The notes under the pieces: model-generated
What the model was told of the DNA's origin: nothing
Seen by the model: the letters and a program-made list of their open reading frames with translations, nothing else
Databases searched by the model: none
Shown: positions 30,011-44,619 of the stretch, in pieces
Layout of the letters: every line of letters begins with the position of its first letter
Position numbering within the stretch: the stretch's first letter is position 1
Assembly: GCA_963707235.1 (NCBI GenBank)
Contig: CAVPPC010000004.1
Location: 1,960,812 to 2,024,811, forward strand
Direction of reading: 5' to 3'
Length of the DNA: 64,000 nucleotides
Source: an uncultured Gammaproteobacteria bacterium
Lineage (GTDB): Bacteria; Pseudomonadota; Gammaproteobacteria; Steroidobacterales; Steroidobacteraceae
Made by a program: the position numbers and the translations under genes

Positions 30011-30463
30011 ATGAGCTGGAAGCCGGACATCACGGTGGCCGCGATCGTTGCGGACGCGGATCGTTTTCTGATCGTCGAGGAGCAGATCCGCGGCCAGCGG
30101 GTCTACAACCAGCCCGCCGGCCGCGTCGAGGTGGGCGAGACGCTGCTGGCCGCGGTGGTGCGCGAAACCCTCGAGGAGACCGCCTGGCGATTCGAGCCGG
30201 AGTGGTTGCTCGGCATTTATCCCTGGCATTCGACCACCAGTGCGCGTAGTTCGCTGCGCTTTGCATACATCGGTCGCGTCAGCGCGCATGACCTCGCCCG
30301 CAAGCTCGATCCGCCGGTCATCGCCACGCACTGGCTGCGTCGCGAACAGTTGCAGGAACCCTCGCGAGTGCTGCGCACGCCACTGGTGCTACGCTGTATC
30401 GACGACTATCTGGCCGGTCGCAGGCTGCCGTTGGCGGCCATCATCGATCCCGCGTCCTACTGA
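30011..30463 (+). CDS. NUDIX hydrolase (NudJ-like, upstream of mnmA)
   Basis: Nudix box 'GRVEVGETLLAAVVRETLEETAW'. ATG is at 30011. The NUDIX-mnmA linkage is conserved in proteobacteria. Confidence 0.8.
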   Translation: MSWKPDITVAAIVADADRFLIVEEQIRGQRVYNQPAGRVEVGETLLAAVVRETLEETAWRFEPEWLLGIYPWHSTTSARSSLRFAYIGRVSAHDLARKLDPPVIATHWLRREQLQEPSRVLRTPLVLRCIDDYLAGRRLPLAAIIDPASY

Positions 30464-30465
30464 AA

Positions 30466-31552
30466 ATGGCTGTGGCAAACCGGGAGCGCATCGTAGTAGG
30501 GATGTCCGGCGGCGTGGACTCGGCCGTGGCGGCGCTGCGTCTCATCGAGGCCGGTCACGAAGTGCACGGCCTGTACATGAGCAACTGGGATGACGAAGAC
30601 GTCCATTGCGGCAATGCGCAGGACTACCAGGACGCGCGCAGCGCGGCGCGCGAGCTGGGCATCGTGCTGCACCGTGTCAGCTTCGAACCCGAGTACCGCG
30701 AACGCGTGTTCGCCGAATTCCTCGACGAGTACCGGCGCGGACGCACGCCCAATCCGGACGTGCTCTGCAACCGCGAGATCAAGTTCGGCGTCTGCCTGCA
30801 CTACGCACAGCGGCTCGGCGCCCACTGGTTCGCCACCGGCCACTATGCCCGTCTCGGCAGCGACGCCGACGGGCCCGCGCTGCTGCGCGGCGCCGATGCC
30901 GGCAAGGACCAGTCCTATTTCCTGTGCGGCGTCGAGCGTGCGCGCTACAGGCAGGTGTTGTTTCCGGTGGGCGACCTCGCACAAGTCCGAGGTGCGCACG
31001 CGCGCGCAGCGAGCCGGCTTGCCGGTGTTCAACAAGCCCGACAGCACCGGCATTTGTTTCATCGGCGAGCGTCCGTTCGCGGAATTCCTGGCGGCTTACC
31101 TGCCGGAGCACCCCGGCCCGATCGAGACCGCGGATGGCCGCCGGCTCGGCACGCACCGCGGCCTGCACTTCTACACGCTTGGCCAGCGCGGCGGGCTTGA
31201 GATCGGCGGCGTGCGTGGCGGCAGCGGCGATCCCTGGTACGTCGCGCACAAGCACACGGCCCGCAACGCGTTGATCGTGGTCGCGGCGCGCGAGCGCGAT
31301 ACCGTCACCACGGCGGAGCTGCGCACCGGTGCGATCAACTGGCTGACCGCGCCTCCCGGCGCAGCGTTCCAGGCTGGCGTGAAGATCCGCTACCGTCAAC
31401 CGGACCAGGCGGCGCTGGTCACGCCACAGGCCGACGGCAGCGTGCACATCCGCTTTGACTCGCCGCAGTGGGCGGCGACGCCCGGCCAGACCGCGGCGCT
31501 GTACGACGGTGAACGCTGTCTCGGCGGCGGAGTGATCGAAGAAACTCTATAA
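30466..31552 (+). CDS. mnmA: tRNA 2-thiouridine(34) synthase MnmA (frame disruption near 30975)
   Basis: PP-loop 'IVVGMSGGVDSAVAA', then 'GRTPNPDVLCNREIKFG', 'KDQSYFL' and 'DSTGICFIGERPFAEFL'. Confidence 0.9.
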
Positions 31553-31600
31553 TCCGCTCTCGCGGCCGATAACCTTGATCGGCACCGTTACGGAGGCACC

Positions 31601-34299
<2,699 letters not shown>

Positions 34300-34315
34300 A
34301 GGCGGAACGCGGCCA

Positions 34316-35017
34316 GTGGCCGGGAGCACGCTGGCGATCTTCGATCTCGACGGCACGATCACGCGCCACGACACATTGTGGCCGTTCATCAGTGGATATC
34401 TCCTGCGCCATCCTTCACGCTGGTGGCGGCTGCCGCTGTGTCTCGCTGCCGCTGCTGCGATACCTGCTGGCCAACCGCGACCGCGGCGCACTGAAGGGCG
34501 CCGTCATTCACCTGACGCTTGGCGGCGTAACACGCGCCGCTCTCGAGGACTGGGCGGCTTGCTTTGCACGCGCAGCTGCTGCACAGCGGGCTTGTATGGC
34601 GAAGCGCTCGACCCGTATCGCGACGCATCGCAAGCGCGCAGGCGCACCTGGTGCTGTTGTCCGCCAGCCCCGACCTGTATGTGCCGACGATCGCCCGCGC
34701 GCTGGGCTTCGATGAATGCATCTGCACCGAAGTGCGCTGGTGCGCCGATGGCAGGCTCGACGGCGCGCTGGCTTCTGCAAACCGGCGCGGCGCGGAAAAA
34801 GCGCGACTGCGTGCGGGCATTGCTCGCCAGGCACCAGCCGTTGCTCTCGCAGGCCTATGGCAACAGCCGTGCCGACCTCGAACACCTGCGGCTGGTCAGC
34901 GCCGGCATCTACGTCAACGGCCATCCGCAGGACGTGCTGGAATCGCCCTCGATTCGCGTGGTGCGCTGGTCGACACGCGGCGACGCCGGCACCTTGGCCG
35001 GCGCGACTGGTCTGTAA
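34316..35017 (+). CDS. HAD-IB family hydrolase (compensating frame disruptions)
   Basis: Motif I is 'LAIFDLDGTITRHDTLWPFI'. The middle piece 'HLVLLSASPDLYVPTIARALGFDECICTEV' is in another frame. The C-terminal piece 'AYGNSRADLEHLRLV' returns to the first frame. Confidence 0.65.
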   Translation: MAGSTLAIFDLDGTITRHDTLWPFISGYLLRHPSRWWRLPLCLAAAAAIPAGQPRPRRTEGRRHSPDAWRRNTRRSRGLGGLLCTRSCCTAGLYGEALDPYRDASQARRRTWCCCPPAPTCMCRRSPARWASMNASAPKCAGAPMAGSTARWLLQTGAARKKRDCVRALLARHQPLLSQAYGNSRADLEHLRLVSAGIYVNGHPQDVLESPSIRVVRWSTRGDAGTLAGATGL

Positions 35018-35096
35018 CCTTCAGGCACCGCCAGCGAACTATGGGGTGACGGCGGCACGCGTGCCGCCGACCCGACACCCCAGCCTGCGAACCTGA

Positions 35097-36066
<970 letters not shown>

Positions 36067-36090
36067 GCACCGAGCGGCGCACACCTTGCC

Positions 36091-36784
36091 ATGAGCCAGC
36101 CAACCGACAAGCGCTATCGCTACCTCTACAAACCGGCGTTGTTCCTCGCCTGCATGCTGCCGCTCGCCTGGGTGGTTGCCGCGCGTCAGCAACATCATGG
36201 CCGCAACACAGCTGCCGGTCCCCGGGCTGGGCGCGGATCCCGTGCGGCGCATGCTCGGTATCTTCGGGCACAGCGCGCTGAACCTGCTGCTGATCACGCT
36301 GTGCGTGTCACCGCTGCGGGCGCTGACCGGCAATGCCCATCTGCTGCGGCTGCGGCGCATGCTCGGTGTCTGGGCATTCACGTACGCGCTGCTGCATTTC
36401 CTGACCTACGTCGGCCCATTCCAGGGATTCAGCTGGAACGCAATCGTCAAGGACCTGGTCAAGCGGCCCTACATCACCATCGGATTCACGGCGCTGCTGA
36501 TGCTGCTGGCGCTCGCGATCACTTCGACCAATGGCTGGATGCGCCGGCTGGGCCGCCGCTGGCAAGGCCTGCATCGGCTCATCTACGTGGCCACCGCGCT
36601 CGGCGTCTGGCACTACTGGTGGCAGGTGAAGAAGGATATCCGCGAGCCGTTGCTCTACGCCGCGCTTGCGGCGGTGCTGCTGGGCTGGCGCTGGTGGCGG
36701 CGCCAGCGCGCTGTGCGGCAACGCGCGCCGCAGCAGCGTGCTACATCGAATTTCGCGCTTCCCACAGTTCCGGAAAGAACCTGA
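36091..36784 (+). CDS. msrQ: Protein-methionine-sulfoxide reductase heme-binding subunit MsrQ (frame disruption near 36180)
   Basis: 'YKPALFLACMLPLAWV', 'GIFGHSALNLLLITLCVSPLR', 'RRMLGVWAFTYALLHFLTY' and 'LHRLIYVATALGVWHYWWQVK'. Confidence 0.8.
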
Positions 36785-37604
36785 GCCGCAGCGCCTTGGC
36801 GAGGTAGGCCACGCCAGCGGTGCCGCCCGTTCCCGGCTTGTAGCCGATGATGCGTTCGACGGTCTTCATGTGCTGGAAGCGCCAGATCTGGAAGCGGTGA
36901 TCCACATCGACAAGATGCTCGCCGAGTTCGTACAGGTCCCAGTCTTTTTCCGCATTGAGGTAGACGCTGAGCCAGGCCGCGGTGACCTGCTTGTTCGCCT
37001 CATAGGGCTGTGAAAAATCGCGCGCCAGCAGTTCCTGTGGTATGTCGCGCCCACGCCGCGACAGCAGCCGCAGCACTTCGTCATACAGGCTCGGCGCACG
37101 CAGTGCTCGTTCCAGCTCCGCGTAGGCCTGTGCATCGCGCTGCTGCACCTTGATCATGTCGGCATTCTTGTTGCCGAGCAGGAATTCGATCAGCCGGTAT
37201 TGCTGCGACTGGAAACCCGAGGAGCGACCGAGCGCATTGCGAAAGGCCGAATAGTCGAACGGCGTCATGGTCGACAGCACATCCCAGACGGCCAGCAGTT
37301 GTCCCTGCACGTGATCGATGCGGCTGAACATCTTGAAGGAAGCGTCCAGCTCATCGCGCCGCACGCAATCCATCACCGCCGCCAGCTCGTGGCGCAGCAG
37401 GCGCATCCACAGCTCCGAGACCTGGTGGACGATGATGAACAGCATCTCATTGTGTTCACTGGTCTGCGGACGCTGCGCCGCGAGCAACAGGTCGAGCCGC
37501 AGGTATTGCCCGTAGGACAGCGAATCGCCCAGATTCCAGTGCACGTGTTCGTCGTGCAGGTCGACGCTGCCGTGGTGCTCACCGGGTGGTTGTTGTTCGC
37601 TCAC
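36741..37604 (-). CDS. kynA: Tryptophan 2,3-dioxygenase
   Basis: 'LSYGQYLRLDLLLAAQRPQTSEHNEMLFIIVHQVSELWMRLLRHEL...SGFQSQQYRLIEF...RTIGYKPGTGGTAGVAYL'. The ORF is intact. Confidence 0.9.
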   Translation of the reverse strand: MSEQQPPGEHHGSVDLHDEHVHWNLGDSLSYGQYLRLDLLLAAQRPQTSEHNEMLFIIVHQVSELWMRLLRHELAAVMDCVRRDELDASFKMFSRIDHVQGQLLAVWDVLSTMTPFDYSAFRNALGRSSGFQSQQYRLIEFLLGNKNADMIKVQQRDAQAYAELERALRAPSLYDEVLRLLSRRGRDIPQELLARDFSQPYEANKQVTAAWLSVYLNAEKDWDLYELGEHLVDVDHRFQIWRFQHMKTVERIIGYKPGTGGTAGVAYLAKALRLRFFPELWEARNSM

Positions 37605-37629
37605 GTGGACACTCCCTGCATCGCGATCT

Positions 37630-38394
37630 TCAGGCGCGCAACGCCCGCAGCACCCAGCCGGGCACCTGCTGCCAGCCGTGCGTGAGCTCGCGATCGCACT
37701 CGCGCCAGCCCGGCTCGTATTGTTCGACCAGCCGCCAGAAGCGCGCCGAATGATTCATGTGCGTCCGGTGCGCCAGTTCGTGCGCCAGCAGATACCGGAC
37801 CACGGCAGGCCGGTGGAACAGCAGGCAGCAATTCAGGCTGATGGTGCCGAGTGCCGAGCAGCTCCCCCAGCGCGTACGCTGGCGGCGGATCTGCAATCGC
37901 TGGTAATGCACGCCGAAGCTGGCGGCCAGCGCCGCAAGCTGCGGCGCCAGTGTCTGCCGTGCGCGTTCGCACAGCCAATCGAGCAGAGCGGCACGCAGCG
38001 CTTCGTTGCCGGCCTCGCGGCTCAGTGCCAGCACGCCGCCGCCAACGCCGACGCTGGCGATAACGTCCAGCCGGCCTCCTCCGCCAGCCCCGGCGGCGCG
38101 GAACTCGCAGCGCCAGCTTTCGCCGAGCGCAGGCAGGATGATGCACCCGGGCGGGAATGCCGTTTCCACACGTGGCCAGCGCAGGCGCACACGTTCGATG
38201 TGCTGCCGATGGCGCTCGACGAATCCGGCCACCTGGCGCGCGCCGGCGCCGTACGGCACGACGATCTCGACCGTGCCGTCGGGAAAGATGCGGGCGCCGA
38301 GTCTGCGGGCGCGCCGGCTGCGGCGCACGCGCCAGTCGCCATCGATCGCGCCGTCGCTCCATAGCGGCAGCTGCTGCAGGGCTGCTGTGGTCAT
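37630..38394 (-). CDS. YgjP-like (DUF45/M48-type) metal-dependent hydrolase
   Basis: The C-terminal 'RWGSCSALGTISLNCCLLFHRPAVVRYLLAHELAHRTHMNHSARFWRLVE' contains HExxH. The ORF is intact. Confidence 0.8.
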   Translation of the reverse strand: MTTAALQQLPLWSDGAIDGDWRVRRSRRARRLGARIFPDGTVEIVVPYGAGARQVAGFVERHRQHIERVRLRWPRVETAFPPGCIILPALGESWRCEFRAAGAGGGGRLDVIASVGVGGGVLALSREAGNEALRAALLDWLCERARQTLAPQLAALAASFGVHYQRLQIRRQRTRWGSCSALGTISLNCCLLFHRPAVVRYLLAHELAHRTHMNHSARFWRLVEQYEPGWRECDRELTHGWQQVPGWVLRALRA

Positions 38395-38452
38395 GCTGAG
38401 GCCATCATATCAGGGCTGCGCGCGCCGCCGCGCTGTGTACACTGACGTATCC

Positions 38453-39250
38453 ATGGAACTGCTCGACATCGGCATCAACCTCACGCACGCCAGTTACGCG
38501 GAGGATCGTGCCGCGGTCGTGGCACGCGCCCGCGACGCCGGCGTCACCCAGCTGCTCGTGACGGGAGCGACGCTGGACTCGAGCGCGGCGGCGCTCGAAC
38601 TGGCGCGCGCGCATCCACAACGGTTGTACGCGACCGCAGGAGTGCATCCGCATCATGCCAGCGAGCTGAAACCCGAGCAGTTGCCGCGCTTGCGCGCGCT
38701 GCTGGCCGAGCCCGCCATCGTCGCAGCCGGCGAATGCGGGCTGGACTATTTCCGCGACTACTCGCCGCGCGCTGTGCAGCGCGCCGCGTTCGCGTTGCAA
38801 CTTCAGGTCGCGGCCGAGTGCGGCAAGCCGCTGTTCCTGCACCAGCGCGAGGCCCACGCCGATTTCACCGCCGCACTGCGCGAACATGGCGGCTCGCTGC
38901 GCGGCGTCGCGCACTGCTTCACCGGTGGCGAAGCGGAGCTGGCCGTTTACCTCGAGATGGGCCTGCACATCGGCATCACCGGCTGGATCTGCGATGAGCG
39001 CCGCGGCCAGCAACTGCAGCAATTGGTGAGCCGCATTCCGGCGGGACGCCTGCTGCTCGAAACCGACGGCCCCTACCTGTTACCGCGCGACCTGCAGCCG
39101 CGGCCTGCCTCGCGCCGCAACGAACCGGCTTTTCTGGTGCACATTGCCTCGACGGTGGCGCGCTTGCGTGGCGAATCGCTGGCGGAATGCGCGGCTCACA
39201 CCACCGCTGCCGCGCGACGTCTGTTCGGGATTCCGTCCGCGGCGCCTTGA
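38453..39250 (+). CDS. tatD: TatD family deoxyribonuclease/hydrolase
   Basis: 'MELLDIGINLTHASY...QLLVTGATLDSS...YATAGVHPHHA...GECGLDYFRDYS...LFLHQREAH' is the TatD metal-ligand pattern. Confidence 0.85.
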   Translation: MELLDIGINLTHASYAEDRAAVVARARDAGVTQLLVTGATLDSSAAALELARAHPQRLYATAGVHPHHASELKPEQLPRLRALLAEPAIVAAGECGLDYFRDYSPRAVQRAAFALQLQVAAECGKPLFLHQREAHADFTAALREHGGSLRGVAHCFTGGEAELAVYLEMGLHIGITGWICDERRGQQLQQLVSRIPAGRLLLETDGPYLLPRDLQPRPASRRNEPAFLVHIASTVARLRGESLAECAAHTTAAARRLFGIPSAAP

Positions 39251-39263
39251 GCGCCGCCTGCCG

Positions 39264-39890
39264 CTAGATCGCGGCCTTCGGAGCCACCAGGCTGCTGGGC
39301 TTGCAGGCCGCCACCAGCCGCGTCCAGTCGCCGCGCCAGGCCTCGGGCACTGCGCCGGACTGCGCGCGTTCGGCCGGCGGAAATTCGGCCGCGATCGATC
39401 CCAGCATGAGCGTGTAGCGCGGCAGTCCCTTCGGGAAACGTCCGCGCGCTGTGAACACCACCCGGCCCTCGACTGGCAGTTCCGAGATCAGCGCACGCAC
39501 GGCCGCAATCCGGTCGTACAGTCCGGTCTGCGGATTGGCAAAAGTGTAGCGCTGCTCGCGATGCATGACGGTCCATTCGGTCATCTGATCGCCACCGAAA
39601 ATGTTGCCGGCGATGTCGCGCATGTCGACCACCACGCAGCCGCGCGCGGTCAGCAGCAGGAAGTCGACGTGGAGCGCGGCGCCCTGGCCGTCCGGCACCA
39701 GCATGTCGCGCAGGTACTCAAAGGCGCCGCCGGTCACCATCGCCAGCCGCGCTGCGGCTGCCTGACGGCGGCGATACCAGCGCCACAACACCAGCAGCAG
39801 CGCGATCAGCGCCAGCGCGCCCCCGATAGTCGCCGCTTCGCGCGCATCAAGACTGCGCAGCATCTCGATCAGTTGTCGAAGTTCGTTCAT
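39264..39890 (-). CDS. NERD domain-containing membrane protein
   Basis: N-terminal TM segment 'IGGALALIALLLVLW'. NERD-like 'ALHVDFLLLTARGCVVVDMRDIAGNIFGGDQMTEWTV'. The ATG overlaps the thrC stop (ATGA). Confidence 0.7.
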   Translation of the reverse strand: MNELRQLIEMLRSLDAREAATIGGALALIALLLVLWRWYRRRQAAAARLAMVTGGAFEYLRDMLVPDGQGAALHVDFLLLTARGCVVVDMRDIAGNIFGGDQMTEWTVMHREQRYTFANPQTGLYDRIAAVRALISELPVEGRVVFTARGRFPKGLPRYTLMLGSIAAEFPPAERAQSGAVPEAWRGDWTRLVAACKPSSLVAPKAAI

Positions 39891-41191
39891 GCAGCCTGGC
39901 TCATCATGGCACCGCGCAGCGACGCCAGCGTGGCGTCGATTTCATTGTACTGCGACGGACGCCGGAACAACTTCTCGAGCGCCTCTGGCACCGGCACTGG
40001 CCGGCCGACCAGGGGTTCGACAATTTCGCGGAACTTGGCCGGATGCGCGGTCGCGACCAGGATCCAATGCTGGCTCCTGCGGCGTTCGGCCGGCAACTGC
40101 GCATAGACTTCGGCGGCGGTCGCCGTGTGCGGGCACCACAGCGCGCCGTAACGTTCATGATCGGCGCGGATGCGCGCGCGGATTGCGCCATCGTCGATCG
40201 ACACCGCGCTGACCGCCAGCCGCAGCGCGGCTGCATCCGGATACAGCGCCGTGAGCCGCTCGAGATTGCTCGGATTCCCCACGTCCATCGCCGAGGCCAG
40301 CGTCGCGACGCTGGCGCGGATCCGCAGCACGCCTTCCGAGAGATAGTCGGGCACGGTGCGATTGGCGTTGTGAGCCAGCACGATCTCCGCGATCGGCGCG
40401 CCCAGGCGCCGCGCCCACACGCATGCGGTCGCGTTGCCGAGATTCCCGCTCGGGATGATGAATGAAGCCGGCGCACCGGTGCGCGCCTGCATGGCCACGC
40501 TGGTGGCCGCGTAATACACCGCCTGTGGCAGGAGCCTGCCCAGGTTGATGCTGTTGGCCGACGACAAGTCCCACTGCGCCGCAAGCGCAGGCTCGACAAA
40601 TGCCTGCTTCACCAGCCGCTGGCAATCATCAAAGCTGCCGCGCACGGCAAGGCTCCGGACATTGTCGCCCCAGCAGGTGAGCTGCTGCTGCTGCGTCGGC
40701 GAGACCTGCCCTTTCGGAAACAGCACCACGACCTCAATGCCGGGCTGGCGATGAAAGGCCGCCGCCACCGCGCCACCGGTATCGCCGGATGTCGCAACCA
40801 GTATCGTCAGCGGCCGCGTTGCGCCGCGCCGCAGCCGCGTAAGTGAGGCGGCGAGGAAACGCGCGCCGAAGTCCTTGAATGCAGCAGTGGGACCGTGGAA
40901 CAGCTCGAGTACGCTCAGGAAGTCGCCATCGAGCGGCACCAGCGGTGCGGGAAAATTGAAGGCCTCGGCGGCAATCGCCGGAATCTCCGGCGCCAGCGGA
41001 TCACCGCTGGCGAATGGCGCCAGGAACCCCGCTGCCTGCCCTGCAAGCGGCGCAGCAGCGCGCATACCTGCCACCGCGGCAGCAGGCCACTCGAGCGGCA
41101 CGTACAGTCCGCCGCCGGTCGCGAGTCCGCGGGCCAGCGCATCGCTGAAGCCAACCCGGTGCTGCGCATCGCGCGTGCTGACGAATTGCAT
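39887..41191 (-). CDS. thrC: Threonine synthase
   Basis: 'MQFVSTRD...GLYVP...LELFHGPTAAFKDFGARFLA...ATSGDTGGAVA'. The ORF is intact at 434 aa. Confidence 0.9.
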   Translation of the reverse strand: MQFVSTRDAQHRVGFSDALARGLATGGGLYVPLEWPAAAVAGMRAAAPLAGQAAGFLAPFASGDPLAPEIPAIAAEAFNFPAPLVPLDGDFLSVLELFHGPTAAFKDFGARFLAASLTRLRRGATRPLTILVATSGDTGGAVAAAFHRQPGIEVVVLFPKGQVSPTQQQQLTCWGDNVRSLAVRGSFDDCQRLVKQAFVEPALAAQWDLSSANSINLGRLLPQAVYYAATSVAMQARTGAPASFIIPSGNLGNATACVWARRLGAPIAEIVLAHNANRTVPDYLSEGVLRIRASVATLASAMDVGNPSNLERLTALYPDAAALRLAVSAVSIDDGAIRARIRADHERYGALWCPHTATAAEVYAQLPAERRRSQHWILVATAHPAKFREIVEPLVGRPVPVPEALEKLFRRPSQYNEIDATLASLRGAMMSQAA

Positions 41192-42138
41192 CAGTCCACC
41201 ACGCGGGCGCCGACCGGCTCGAGCGCCATCGTCCAGTGATCGCTTTTCAGCTCATGGTGCGAGAACTCGACCACCAGCGCTTCGCGCACCGCCAGTGCAT
41301 GGCTCTCGAGGCACCACGCGAACACGGTCGGCCCGGCGCCCGAGATCGAACAGCCGAGCGCACCGGCAGACATCGCCGCGCGGCGCACCGCCGTGAATCC
41401 AGGAATCAGCGCCGCGCGCTGCGGTTCAATGACCACATCCTCGAAGCATTCGCGCAGCATGTCCAGATCGTTGGTGTAGCAGCCGGAAATGAAGCCGGCG
41501 AGATTGGCGGTCTGCCAGACAAAATCTTTCATCGGCACGCTGCTGCGCAGGATTGCGCGCGCCTCGCGCGTCGACAGGAACATGTGCGGATGCACGACCA
41601 CGGCGCGCACCGTCGCCGGCACCGGGATCTGCTTGACGCGCGGATGATCGATGCCCACCGTCAGCACCAGACCGCCGAACAGCGAGGGCGCGATGTTGTC
41701 GACATGCAGCGAGCCGCTCGCCACCTGCTCGCCCTGCATCGCGAATTTCAGCAACTGCAGCTGCGAGCAGGGCTCGGGCAGCAGGGCATTCGCCGCCACC
41801 ACTGCTGCGACCGCCGAAGCCGCCGATCCGCCGAGCCCCGAGCTCAGTGGAATGCCCTTGTCCAGTTCCAGTTCCATGCCGAAGGGCAAGGCCAGCGCCT
41901 CGCGCATCGCCTCGAGCGCGCGGCCGGCCGTGTTCTTCGCGGGCTCCAGCGGCAAGTCTCCCGCCACGCCGCGCACTGCACTGATGCGCACGCCCGGTTG
42001 GTTCGTGCGCCGCACCGTGGCGCGATCGCCGATCGCGCCCACCGAAAAGCCGAGGATGTCGAAACCGATCGCGACGTTGCCGACCGAAGCTGGCGCAAAC
42101 GCAGTGGCGACATCCCGTGGTGAATGCGCGGGGCTCAC
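41191..42138 (-). CDS. thrB: Homoserine kinase
   Basis: 'APASVGNVAIGFDILG' and the GHMP kinase motif 'GIPLSSGLGGSAASAVAA'. The ORF is intact. Confidence 0.9.
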   Translation of the reverse strand: MSPAHSPRDVATAFAPASVGNVAIGFDILGFSVGAIGDRATVRRTNQPGVRISAVRGVAGDLPLEPAKNTAGRALEAMREALALPFGMELELDKGIPLSSGLGGSAASAVAAVVAANALLPEPCSQLQLLKFAMQGEQVASGSLHVDNIAPSLFGGLVLTVGIDHPRVKQIPVPATVRAVVVHPHMFLSTREARAILRSSVPMKDFVWQTANLAGFISGCYTNDLDMLRECFEDVVIEPQRAALIPGFTAVRRAAMSAGALGCSISGAGPTVFAWCLESHALAVREALVVEFSHHELKSDHWTMALEPVGARVVD

Positions 42139-44619
42139 AGCCGCGCCCCCAGAAAAGTCGCGAGCCGCAGCAGGTCCGAGAACACGCCCCCGGCCGTCAC
42201 CGCGGGACCTGCCCCTGGCCCCTGTACAATCAATGGATTATCACAATAATTTGAAGTGGAATATCGAACAACGTTGTCGGTCAGCGCAATGTTGGCGAAG
42301 GCGTGCTTGGCCTCGAGCTCCACCAGGCCAACGGTCGCCTCGCCCGCCGCCGTGATGCGTCCGACATAGCGCAGCACATGGCCGCGCGCCTTCGCGGCGT
42401 TGTAGCGCTTCGCCATCTGCTCATCATAGCGCGGCAGTTGCGCGAGAAATTCCTCGCTGCTGCCGCCGGTGAGATCGTCCGGCACCAGGCTCTCGACGCG
42501 CACATCGCCCATCTCGAGCTTCAGGCCCATCTCGCGCGCCAGGATAATGAGCTTGCGCGCCACGTCGGTGCCCGACAGGTCATCGCGCGGATCGGGTTCG
42601 GTGTAGCCGCGCTGCTTCGCGTCGCGCACGATTGCAGAGAATGGCGTCGTGCCATCGTAGACATTGAACAGGTAGGCGAGCGTGCCGGAGAAAATACCTT
42701 CGATGCTGGCGATGTCATCGCCGGTCTCGCGCAGATCGCGCAGCGTCTGGATCACCGGCAGTCCGGCGCCAACCGTCGCCTCGTACAGGTAATGCGCGCC
42801 GCTTTGCCGGCGCGCCTGCCGCAGTGATTCGTAGTAGGCCAGCGCGCCGCTGTTGGCCTTCTTGTTCGGCGTGATGACATGCACGCCCGCGGCGAGCCAG
42901 TCGCGGTAGCGGTTGGCAACGTCCTGGCTGGCGGTGCAATCGATGATCACCGTGTGCGGCAGGTGATCGACCTTCAGGTGCGCGAAGAATTTCGCGTAGT
43001 CCGCTGCGACCGCGCCTTCGCCGATCTGCTCGCGCCAGCGCTCGAGCGGAATGCTCTGCTCGGCCAGTTTCATGGTCTTCGAGCTCATGATGCCGCGCAC
43101 GCGCAGGTCAATGTGGAACTGGCGCATGAGCCGCTGGTGCTGGCTGGCGAGCTGGTCGAGCAGCACCTTGCCCACCGTGCCCGGCCCGACCACGCCGATC
43201 GAGAGCGTGTGCGGCGAGAGGTAGAAGCCCGCGTGCACCGCGCGCAGCGCCCGCGTCGCCTGGCTGCCCTCGACCACGACCGAGATGTTGCGCTCCGAAG
43301 CGCCCTGCGCGATCGCGCGCACGTTGACGTTGGCGGTGCCGAGCGCGTTGAACACTTTGCCGGCGACGCCTGGCATGCCGGCCATGCCATCGCCCACCAC
43401 GGCGAGGATCGCCAGTTCGCCGGTCACATCAACGCTCTGGATCTGGCCGTCGGCCAGTTCGCGCGCGAAGGCCCGCTCGATCACCGCCGTGGCGCGCGCC
43501 GCCTGCGCCAGGGGAATCGCGCAACAGATCGAATGCTCCGAACTGCCCTGCGAGATCAGGATCACCGAGATGTTCTCTTCGCGCAGCGCGCCGAACAGGC
43601 GGTGCGCAGTACCCGGAACGCCAATCATGCCGGCGCCCTCGAGGTTCACCAGCGCGACGTTCTCGATGCTGGTGATGCCCTTGACCGGCTGCGCGGACTG
43701 CGGCTGCGCGCAGATCAGCGTGCCGGGCTTCGCAGGCTGCAAAGGTATTGCGGATCCAGATCGGGATATCGCGGCCAATCGCCGGCGCCATGGTCTGCGG
43801 GTGAATCACCTTGGCGCCGAAATACGCCAGCTCCATCGCCTCGTTGTAGGAGAGCGCGCTGATGATCTGCGCGTCGGGCACGCGGCGCGGATCGGCCGAC
43901 AGCACGCCGTCGACGTCGGTCCAGATGTGGATCTCACTGGCCGCCAGCAGCGCGCCGAAGATCGAGGCGGAAAAATCGCTGCCGTTGCGTCCGAGCGTGG
44001 TCTGGATGCCCGCGGCGTCGCTGGCGATGTAGCCGGTGATCACCAGCGTCGCCGCATCGGGCTGCAACAGCGCGCGCAGCCGCGCCGTCGAAGTCTCCCA
44101 GTGGATGGACGGGCCCAGCGGCCCCCACTCCGCCACCACGCAGGCGCGCGCGTCGATCCACTGCAGGCCGGAGCGCTTGCCACGGTGCCCGAGGTAGCGC
44201 CAGAACAGCCGCGTCGACCAGATCTCGCCGTAACCCGAAACCTTGTCGCGCACGTGCTGGCCGGCGGTGCGCATCACCTGCGTGGTGCGCAGCACGCCAT
44301 CGAGATCTGCCGCGTCGCGATCGAACTCAGCGAGGAATTCAGCCGCTGCCGCCGATGGCAACAGCGCATTGGCCAGGTCGGCGTGCCGCGTGCGCAGTGC
44401 CGCGAGTTGCGCGCGCCAGGATTCATCCTGCTTTTCAGCCAACAGCACCAGCTCAAACAGCGCATCCGTGACGCCACGGCAGGCCGACAGCACCACGCCC
44501 AGGCGCTGGCCCGGCTGCGATTCAATGATCGAGGCCACGCGCGCGAAGCATTCCGCGTCCGCGACACTCGAACCACCAAATTTATGGACGACCCAGGAAC
44601 TGGGATCTCGGGAACTCAT
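42135..44619 (-). CDS. thrA: Bifunctional aspartate kinase / homoserine dehydrogenase ThrA (frame disruption near 43700)
   Basis: The N-terminal part is 'VVHKFGGSSVADAECFARVASII' and 'GRNGSDFSASIFGALL'. The ACT and HSDH domains are in ORF 42135-43778 ('VGVVGPGTVGKVLLDQL'). Confidence 0.9.
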
